Assembly (NCBI GenBank): GCA_964016885.1
Contig: OZ024741.1
Location: forward strand, 413,106,001-413,170,000
Reading direction: 5' to 3'
DNA length: 64,000 bases
Source of the DNA: Eledone cirrhosa
Taxonomy: Eukaryota
How positions within the stretch are numbered: position 1 is the first letter of the stretch; every line of letters begins with the position of its first letter. Position numbers and translations under genes: made by a program. The notes below the pieces were generated by a model. It did no database searches and was not told the origin of the DNA. It worked only from the letters and a program-made list of their open reading frames with translations. Below are positions 53,901 to 64,000 of this stretch, piece by piece.

Positions 53901-56900
53901 GGTGAATATAACACCAGTTTCACTTTGGAGAGGAATGTTACACCTGTTTTGCTTTGCAGGTGAATATTACACCTGTTTTACTTTGGAGGGGAATATTACA
54001 CTTGTTTCACTTGGGGGGGGGGGGGATATCACACCAGTTTCACTTTGGAGGGGAATATTACACCTGTTTTACTTTGTGGGTGAATATTACACCTGTTTCA
54101 CTTTGGTGGGGAATATTACACCAGTTTTAATTTGAAGGGGAATATTACACCAGTTTCACTTTGGGGTTGAATATTACACCAGTTTCACTTTGGAGGTGAA
54201 TATTACACCAGTTTCACTTTGAAGGGGAATATTACACCAGTTTCACTTTGGAGGTGAATATTACACCAGTTTCAATTTGGAGGGGAATATTACAGCAGTT
54301 TCATTTTGGAGGGGAATATTACACCAGTTTCGCTTTGGGGGTGAATATTACACGACTTTCACTTTGGAGGGGAATATTACACCAGTTTCACTGTGCTGGT
54401 GAATATTACACCAGTTTCACTTCGGGGGTGAATATTACACGGTTTCGCTTTGGAGGGGAATATTATACCAGTTTCAATTTGGGAGTGAACATTACACCAG
54501 TTTAACTTTGGAGGTGAATATTACACCAGTTTCACTTTGGGGGTGAATATTAGAGCAGTTTCACTTTGGGAGCGAATATTACACCAGTTTAACTTTGGAG
54601 GTGAATATTACACCTGTTTACTTTGGGGGTGAATATTACACCTGTTTCACTTTGGAGGGGAATATTACGCCAGTTTTACTTTGGAGAGGAATATTACACC
54701 AGTTTCACTTTGGGGGGAATATTACACCAGTTTCACTTTGAGGGTGAATATTACACCAGTTTCACTTTGGAGGGTATTATTACACCAGTTTCACTTTGGA
54801 GGGGAATATTACACCAGTTTCACTTTGGGGGTGAATATTACACCAGTTTCACTTTGGAGGTGAATATTATACCAGTTTCAATTTGGGCGTGAATATTACA
54901 CCAGTTTCACTTTGGAGGTGAATATAACACCAGTTTCACTTTGGAGGGGAATATTACACCAGTTTCACTTTGGAGAGGAATGTTACACCTGTTTTGCTTT
55001 GCAGGTGAATATTACACCTTTTTTACTTTGGAGGGGAATATTACACTTGTTTTACTTTGGTGGGGGGGGGGGAGGTGAATATCACACCTGTTTCACTTTG
55101 GAGGGGAATATTACACCTGTTTTACTTTGTGGGTGAATATTACACCTGTTTCACTTTGGTGGGGAATATTACACCAGTTTTAATTTGGAGGGGAATATTA
55201 CACCAGTTTCACTTTGGGGTTGAATATTACACCAGTTTCACTTTGGAGGTGAATATTACACCAGTTTCACTTTGATGGGGAATATTACACCAGTTTCACT
55301 TTGGAGATGAATATTACACCAGTTTCAATTTGGAGGGGAATATTACAGCAGTTTTATTTTGGAGGGGAATATTACACCAGTTTCGCTTTGGGGGTGAATA
55401 TTACACGACTTTCACTTTGGAGGGGAATATTACACCAGTTTCACTGTGCTGGTGAATATTACACCAGTTTCACTTTGGAGTTGAATATTACACGAGTTTC
55501 GCTTTGGGGGTGAATATTAGACCAGTTCCACTTTGGGAGTGAATATTACACCAGTTTCACTTTGGAGGGGTATATTACACCTGTTTACTTTGGGGGTGAA
55601 TATTACACCAGTTTCACTTTGGAGGGGAATATTACACCATTTTCACTTTGGGGGTGAATATTACACCAGTTTCACTTTGGAGGTGAATATAACACCAGTT
55701 TCACTTTGGAGGGGAATATTACGCCAGTTCAATTTGGGAGTGAACATTACACCAGTTTCACTTTGGAGGTGAATGTTACACCAGTTTCACTTTGGAGGGG
55801 GCTATTACACCTGTTTTGTTTTGCAGGTGAATATTACATCTGTTTTACTTTGGAGGGGAATATTACACCTGTTTCACTTTGAGGGGGGATATTTCACCTG
55901 TTTCATTTTGAAGGAGAACATTACACCTGTTTCACTTGGGGGGGGGGGGGGGATATCACACCAGTTTCACGGGGGGGGGGGGGGCAATATTACACCTGTT
56001 TTACTTTGGAGGGGAATATTACACCAGTTTCACTTTGGGGGTGAATATTACACCAGTTTCACTTTGGAGGTGAATATTACACCAGTTTCAATTTGGGGTG
56101 AACATTACACCAGTTTCACTTTGGAGGTGAATATAACACTAGTTTCACTTTGGGAGTTAATATTACACCAGTTTCATTTTGGGGGTGTATATTACACCAG
56201 TTTCACACTTTGGAGGAGTACATTACACCTGTTTCACTTTGGGGGTGAATATTACACCAGTTTCAGTTTGGAGGGGAATGTTACACCTGTTTTGCTTTGC
56301 AGGTGAATATTACACCTGTTTTACTTTGGAGGGGAATATTACACCTGTTTCACTTTGGGGGTGGGGATATTACACCTGTTTCACTTTGGAGGGGAATATT
56401 ACACCTGTTTCACTTTGAGGGGGGATATTACACTTGTTTCACTTTGGAGGAGAATATTACACCTGTTTCACTTGGGAGGGGGGATGTCACACCAGATTCA
56501 GCCTAGCGGGGGGGGGGAGGAATATTACACCTGTTTTACTTTGGGGGGGATATCACACCAGATTCAACCTAAGGGGGTGGATATTACACCTGTTTTACTT
56601 TGGAGGGGAATATTATACCAGTTTCACTTTGGGAGTGAATATTACACCAGTTTCACTTTGGAGGGGAATATTACACCAGTATCACTTTGGGGGTGAATAT
56701 TACACCAGTTTCACTTTAGAGGTGAATATTACACAAGTTTCAATTTGGGGTGAATATTACACCAGTTTCACTTTGGAGGTGAATATAACACTAGTTTCAC
56801 TTTGGGAGTGAATATTACACCACTTTCATTTTGGAGGTGTATATTACACCAGTTTCACTTTGGAGGGGTATATTACACCTGTTTCACTTTGGGGGTGAAT

Positions 56901-59900
56901 ATTACACCATTTTAAGTTTGGAGGGGAATGTTACACCTGTTTTGCTTTGCAGGTGAATATTGCACCTGTTTTACTTTGGAGAGGAATATTACACCTGTTT
57001 CACTTTGGGGGTGGTGATATTACACCTGTTTCACTTTGGAGGGGAATATTACACCTGTTTCACTTGGGGGGATATTACACCAGTTTCAACCTGGGGAGGG
57101 GGGATATTACACCTGTTTTAATTTGGAGGGGAATATTACACCAGTTTCACTTTTGAGGGGAATATTACACCAGTTTCACTTTGGAGGTGAATATTACACC
57201 AGTTTCACTTTGGAGGTGAATATTACACCAGTTTCACTTTGGAGGTGAATATTACACCAGTTTCACTTTGATGGGGAATATTACACCAGTTTCACTTTGG
57301 AGATGAATATTACACCAGTTTCAATTTGGAGGGGAATATTACAGCAGTTTTATTTTGGAGGGGAATATTACACCAGTTTCGCTTTGGGGGTGAATATTAC
57401 ACGACTTTCACTTTGGAGGGGAATATTACACCAGTTTCACTGTGCTGGTGAATATTACACCAGTTTCACTTTGGAGTTGAATATTACACGAGTTTCGCTT
57501 TGGGGGTGAATATTAGACCAGTTCCACTTTGGGAGTAAATATTACACCAGTTTCACTTTGGAGGGGTATATTACACCTGTTTACTTTGGGGGTGAATATT
57601 ACACCAGTTTCACTTTGGAGGGGAATATTACACCATTTTCACTTTGGGGGTGAATATTACACCAGTTTCACTTTGGAGGTGAATATAACACCAGTTTCAC
57701 TTTGGAGGGGAATATTACGCCAGTTCAATTTGGGAGTGAACATTACACCAGTTTCACTTTGGAGGTGAATGTTACACCAGTTTCACTTTGGAGGGGGCTA
57801 TTACACCTGTTTTGTTTTGCAGGTGAATATTACATCTGTTTTACTTTGGAGGGGAATATTACACCTGTTTCACTTTGAGGGGGGATATTTCACCTGTTTC
57901 ATTTTGAAGGAGAACATTACACCTGTTTCACTTGGGGGGGGGGATATCACACCAGTTTCAGACGGGGGGGGGGGGCAATATTACACCTGTTTTACTTTGG
58001 AGGGGAATATTACACCAGTTTCACTTTGGGGGTGAATATTACACCAGTTTCACTTTGGAGGTGAATATTACACCAGTTTCAATTTGGGGTGAACATTACA
58101 CCAGTTTCACTTTGGAGGTGAATATAACACTAGTTTCACTTTGGGAGTTAATATTACACCAGTTTCATTTTGGGGGTGTATATTACACCAGTTTCACACT
58201 TTGGAGGAGTACATTACACCTGTTTCACTTTGGGGGTGAATATTACACCAGTTTCAGTTTGGAGGGGAATGTTACACCTGTTTTGCTTTGCAGGTGAATA
58301 TTACACCTGTTTTACTTTGGAGGGGAATATTACACCTGTTTCACTTTGGGGGTGGGGATATTACACCTGTTTCACTTTGGAGGGGAATATTACACCTGTT
58401 TCACTTTGAGGGGGGATATTACACTTGTTTCACTTTGGAGGAGAATATTACACCTGTTTCACTTGGGAGGGGGGATGTCACACCAGATTCAGCCTAGCGG
58501 GGGGGGGGGAATATTACACCTGTTTTACTTTGGGGGGGATATCACACCAGATTCAACCTAAGGGGGTGGATATTACACCTGTTTTACTTTGGAGGGGAAT
58601 ATTATACCAGTTTCACTTTGGGAGTGAATATTACACCAGTTTCACTTTGGAGGGGAATATTACACCAGTATCACTTTGGGGGTGAATATTACACCAGTTT
58701 CACTTTAGAGGTGAATATTACACAAGTTTCAATTTGGGGTGAATATTACACCAGTTTCACTTTGGAGGTGAATATAACACTAGTTTCACTTTGGGAGTGA
58801 ATATTACACCACTTTCATTTTGGAGGTGTATATTACACCAGTTTCACTTTGGAGGGGTATATTACACCTGTTTCACTTTGGGGGTGAATATTACACCATT
58901 TTAAGTTTGGAGGGGAATGTTACACCTGTTTTGCTTTGCAGGTGAATATTGCACCTGTTTTACTTTGGAGAGGAATATTACACCTGTTTCACTTTGGGGG
59001 TGGTGATATTACACCTGTTTCACTTTGGAGGGGAATATTACACCTGTTTCACTTGGGGGGGATATTACACCAGTTTCAACCTGGGGAGGGGGGATATTAC
59101 ACCTGTTTTAATTTGGAGGGGAATATTACACCAGTTTCACTTTTGAGGGGAATATTACACCAGTTTCACTTTGGAGGTGAATGTTACACCAGTTTCACTT
59201 TGGAGGTGAATATTACACCAGTTTCACTTTGGAGGGGAATATTACACCAATTTTACTTTGGAGGTGAATATTACACTTGTTTCACTTTGGAGGTGAATAT
59301 TACACCAGTTTCACTTTGGAGGTGAATATTACACTTGTTTCACCTTGGAGGGGAATATTACACCAGTTTTACTTTGGTGGTGAATATTACACCTGTTTCA
59401 CTTTGGAGGGGAATATTACACCAGTTTCACTTTGGGGGTGAATATTGCAACAGTTTCACTTTGGAGGGGAATATTACACCAGTTTCACTTTGGGGATTAA
59501 TATTACACCAGTTTCACTTTGGAGGTGAATATTACAACACTTTCAATTTGGAGGGGAATATTACTGCAGTTTTACTTTGGACGTGAATATTACAGCAGTT
59601 TTACTTTGGGGTTAAATATTTCAACAGTTTCAATTTGGGGGTGAATATTACACCAGTTTCACTTTGGAGGAGAATATTACACCAGTTTCACTTTGGAGGT
59701 GAATATTTCACCAGTTTCACTTTGGGGGGGAATATTACACCAGTTTCACTTTGGGGGTGAATATTACACCAGTTTCACTTTGGAGGTGAATATTACACCA
59801 GTTTCAATTTGGGGTGAATATTACACCAGTTTCACTTTGGAGGTGAATATAACACTAGTTTCAATTTGGGAGTGAATATTACACCAGTTTCATTTTGGGG

Positions 59901-62900
59901 GTGTATATTACACCAGTTTCACTTTGGAGGGGTATATTACACCTGTTTCACTTTGGGGGTGAATATTACACCAGTTTCAGTTTGGAGGGGAACGTTACAC
60001 CGGTTTTGCTTTGCAGGTGAATATTACACCTGTTTTACTTTGGAGGGGAATATTACACCTGTTTCACTTTGGGGGTGGGGATATTACACCTGTTTCACTT
60101 TGGAGGGGAATATTACACCTGTTTTAATTTGGAGGGGAATATTACACCAGTTTCACTTTTGAGGGGAATATTACACCAGTTTCACTTTGGAGGTGAATGT
60201 TACACCAGTTTCACTTTGGGGGTGAATATTACACCAGTTTCACTTTGGAGGGGAATATTACACCAGTTTCACTTTGGGGGTGAATATTACACCAGTTTCA
60301 CTTTGGAGGTGAATATTACACCACTTTCAATTTGGGGTGAACATTACACCAGTTTCACTTTGGAGGTGAATATAACACTAGTTTCACTTTGGGAGTTAAT
60401 ATTACACCAGTTTCATTTTGGGGGTGTATATTACACCAGTTTCACACTTTGGAGGAGTACATTACACCTGTTTCACTTTGGGGGTGAATATTACACCAGT
60501 TTCAGTTTGGAGGGGAATGTTACACCTGTTTTGCTTTGCAGGTGAATATTACACCTGTTTTACTTTGGAGGGGAATATTACACCTGTTTCACTTTGGGGG
60601 TGGGGATATTACACCTGTTTCACTTTGGAGGGGAATATTACACCTGTTTCACTTTGAGGGGGGATATTACACTTGTTTCACTTTGGAGGAGAATATTACA
60701 CCTGTTTCACTTGGGAGGGGGGATGTCACACCAGATTCAGCCTAGCGGGGGGGGGGGGAATATTACACCTGTTTTACTTTGGGGGGGATATCACACCAGA
60801 TTCAACCTAAGGGGGTGGATATTACACCTGTTTTACTTTGGAGGGGAATATTATACCAGTTTCACTTTGGGAGTGAATATTACACCAGTTTCACTTTGGA
60901 GGGGAATATTACACCAGTATCACTTTGGGGGTGAATATTACACCAGTTTCACTTTAGAGGTGAATATTACACAAGTTTCAATTTGGGGTGAATATTACAC
61001 CAGTTTCACTTTGGAGGTGAATATAACACTAGTTTCACTTTGGGAGTGAATATTACACCACTTTCATTTTGGAGGTGTATATTACACCAGTTTCACTTTG
61101 GAGGGGTATATTACACCTGTTTCACTTTGGGGGTGAATATTACACCATTTTAAGTTTGGAGGGGAATGTTACACCTGTTTTGCTTTGCAGGTGAATATTG
61201 CACCTGTTTTACTTTGGAGAGGAATATTACACCTGTTTCACTTTGGGGGTGGTGATATTACACCTGTTTCACTTTGGAGGGGAATATTACACCTGTTTCA
61301 CTTGGGGGGGATATTACACCAGTTTCAACCTGGGGAGGGGGGATATTACACCTGTTTTAATTTGGAGGGGAATATTACACCAGTTTCACTTTTGAGGGGA
61401 ATATTACACCAGTTTCACTTTGGAGGTGAATGTTACACCAGTTTCACTTTGGAGGTGAATATTACACCAGTTTCACTTTGGAGGGGAATATTACACCAAT
61501 TTTACTTTGGAGGTGAATATTACACTTGTTTCACTTTGGAGGTGAATATTACACCAGTTTCACTTTGGAGGTGAATATTACACTTGTTTCACCTTGGAGG
61601 GGAATATTACACCAGTTTTACTTTGGTGGTGAATATTACACCTGTTTCACTTTGGAGGGGAATATTACACCAGTTTCACTTTGGGGGTGAATATTGCAAC
61701 AGTTTCACTTTGGAGGGGAATATTACACCAGTTTCACTTTGGGGATTAATATTACACCAGTTTCACTTTGGAGGTGAATATTACAACACTTTCAATTTGG
61801 AGGGGAATATTACTGCAGTTTTACTTTGGACGTGAATATTACAGCAGTTTTACTTTGGGGTTAAATATTTCAACAGTTTCAATTTGGGGGTGAATATTAC
61901 ACCAGTTTCACTTTGGAGGAGAATATTACACCAGTTTCACTTTGGAGGTGAATATTTCACCAGTTTCACTTTGGGGGGGAATATTACACCAGTTTCACTT
62001 TGGGGGTGAATATTACACCAGTTTCACTTTGGAGGTGAATATTACACCAGTTTCAATTTGGGGTGAATATTACACCAGTTTCACTTTGGAGGTGAATATA
62101 ACACTAGTTTCAATTTGGGAGTGAATATTACACCAGTTTCATTTTGGGGGTGTATATTACACCAGTTTCACTTTGGAGGGGTATATTACACCTGTTTCAC
62201 TTTGGGGGTGAATATTACACCAGTTTCAGTTTGGAGGGGAACGTTACACCGGTTTTGCTTTGCAGGTGAATATTACACCTGTTTTACTTTGGAGGGGAAT
62301 ATTACACCTGTTTCACTTTGGGGGTGGGGATATTACACCTGTTTCACTTTGGAGGGGAATATTACACCTGTTTTAATTTGGAGGGGAATATTACACCAGT
62401 TTCACTTTTGAGGGGAATATTACACCAGTTTCACTTTGGAGGTGAATGTTACACCAGTTTCACTTTGGGGGTGAATATTACACCAGTTTCACTTTGGAGG
62501 GGAATATTACACCAGTTTCACTTTGGGGGTGAATATTACACCAGTTTCACTTTGGAGGTGAATATTACACCACTTTCAATCTGGAGGGGAATATTACTGC
62601 AGTTTTACTTTGGACGTGAATATTACAGCAGTTTTACTTTGGGGTTAAATATTTCACCAGTTTCAATTTGGGGGAGAATATTACACCAGATTCACCTTGG
62701 AGGAGAATATTACACCAGCTTAACTTGGAGGTGAATATTACACTTGTTTCACTTTGGAGGTGAATATTACACCAGTTTCACTTTGGAGGTGAATATTACA
62801 CTTGTTTCACTTTGGAGGGGAATATTACACCAGTTTTACTTTGGTGGTGAATATTACACCAGTTTCACTTTGGGGGTGAATATTACACCACTTTTACTTT

Positions 62901-63474
62901 GGGGGTGAATATTAAATAAGAGTCAATTTGGAGGGGAATATTACACCAGTTTCACTCTGGAGGTGAATATTACACCAGTTTCACTCTGGAGGTGAATATT
63001 ACACCAGTTTCACTCTGGAGGTGAATATTACACCAGTTTCACTTGGGGGGGGGGGGTAATATTACACCAGTTTCACTTTGGAGGGTAATATTACACCAGT
63101 TTCACTTTGGGGGTGAATATTACACCAGTTTCACTTTAGGGGGGGATATTACACCAGTTTCACTTTGGAGGGTAATATTACACCAGTTTCACTTTGGGGG
63201 TGAATATTACACCAGTTTCACCTTGAAGTTGAATATTACACCAGTTTCACTTTGGGGTGAATATTACACCAGTTTGACTTTGGGAGTGAATATTACACTG
63301 GTTTCACTTTGCAGGGGAATATTACACCAGTTTCAATTTCTAGGGGAATATTACACTAGTTTCACTTTGGAGGGGAATATTACACCTGTTTTACTTTGGA
63401 GGGGAATATTACACCAGTTTCACTTTAGGAGTGAATATTAGACCAGGTTCACTTTAGGGGTGAATATTACACCT
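14932..63474. repeat. 48.5-kb satellite array of a 29-bp monomer TTTCACTTTGGAGGKGAATATTACACCWG (~1,670 units)
   Basis: Uninterrupted head-to-tail monomers in a single orientation with both boundaries inside the window. Copy number is length divided by 29. Confidence 0.99.
55270..62575. repeat. Higher-order duplications of ~2.0 kb and ~2.25 kb within the array
   Basis: Identical ORF-track peptides at offsets 1996 (55301/57297, 55533/57529) and 2248-2249 (58170/60418, 59335/61584, 59866/62115). Marker GATTCAGCCTAGCG occurs at ~56495, 58485 and 60735. Confidence 0.92.
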
Positions 63475-63917
63475 ACCTTTTAAAAGGGTTCTATGCCCCA
63501 AGCTTTAAACAGGGTTTTTTTTACAATTTTCCCAATTTAACTGGTAAAATTTTAACTTTATGTTTTTTATTATATTTATTTATTTGTCCTTTTAGTTACC
63601 AAACCAGCCAAAAGCAGTTCTGGTTCTATTAAATAACCCCCTCCCCCATTTTAAAGTTTTCCAATTTAAATTAAAATCTTCCAACATAAATTTATATAAG
63701 AACCTTACATTAATTTACTGTCTTAGTAATGAAATAATTACTAATTTTAATAAATCCCTCAGAATTCTTCATTAAATAATTAAAAGTGTGTATTTCATTA
63801 GAAATGTGCTGATGAAAGGGTTAATGTATTTCTTTAACTAAACCAATCAATTATTTAATTAATAATCAATAATACGTAACAACTTCACACATGATTTTAT
63901 ATAAATATATTTTTATC

Positions 63918-64000
63918 TCCCCCTCCCTCTATCTCCCTCTCTCTCTCCCTCCCTCTCTCACCCTCTTTCTCCCTCTCTCTCTCTTTACTCTATCTCTTCC
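63918..64000. repeat. (CT)n-rich pyrimidine tract
   Basis: Directly visible. Confidence 0.9.

Noticed and set aside
15113-63441. Hundreds of + strand ORFs (GGEYYTSFTL/NITPVSLWRG/ILHQFHF) as genes
   Set aside because: They are overlapping translations of one 29-bp monomer in all three frames, with frequent frameshifts and stops and mostly TTG/GTG starts.
14932-63474. CRISPR array (29-bp partly palindromic repeat)
   Set aside because: The repeats are contiguous with no unique spacers, there are no cas genes, and the context is eukaryotic.
14932-63474. Telomeric repeat array
   Set aside because: The unit is 29 bp with no (TTAGGG)n, and ordinary sequence resumes on both sides.

Overview
Eukaryotic, AT-rich, repeat-dominated DNA; the SINE/LINE repertoire looks octopus-like (inference). 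No intact protein-coding gene. Bases 1-14.9 kb are a nest of mobile elements among (TA)n/(CA)n microsatellites: two decayed, 5'-truncated Penelope-like retroelements (RT motif GG[IL]YRDD, CxCx5C linker, C-terminal GIY-YIG), one with an inverted pseudo-LTR; an RTE LINE 3' end; tRNA-derived SINEs; a CRE-like fragment; and a maT/mariner remnant. Three type-I hammerhead ribozyme motifs can be read directly from the sequence, one inside a small element bounded by 31-bp inverted repeats. One Penelope copy has two in-frame TGA codons exactly where the other has Cys (possible selenocysteine recoding), and both copies are truncated at the same homologous position. Bases ~14,932-63,474 are one complete 48.5-kb head-to-tail array of a 29-bp monomer (TTTCACTTTGGAGGKGAATATTACACCWG, roughly 1,670 copies) with variant domains and kb-scale higher-order duplications. 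The hundreds of ORFs in it are artefacts of the repeat.
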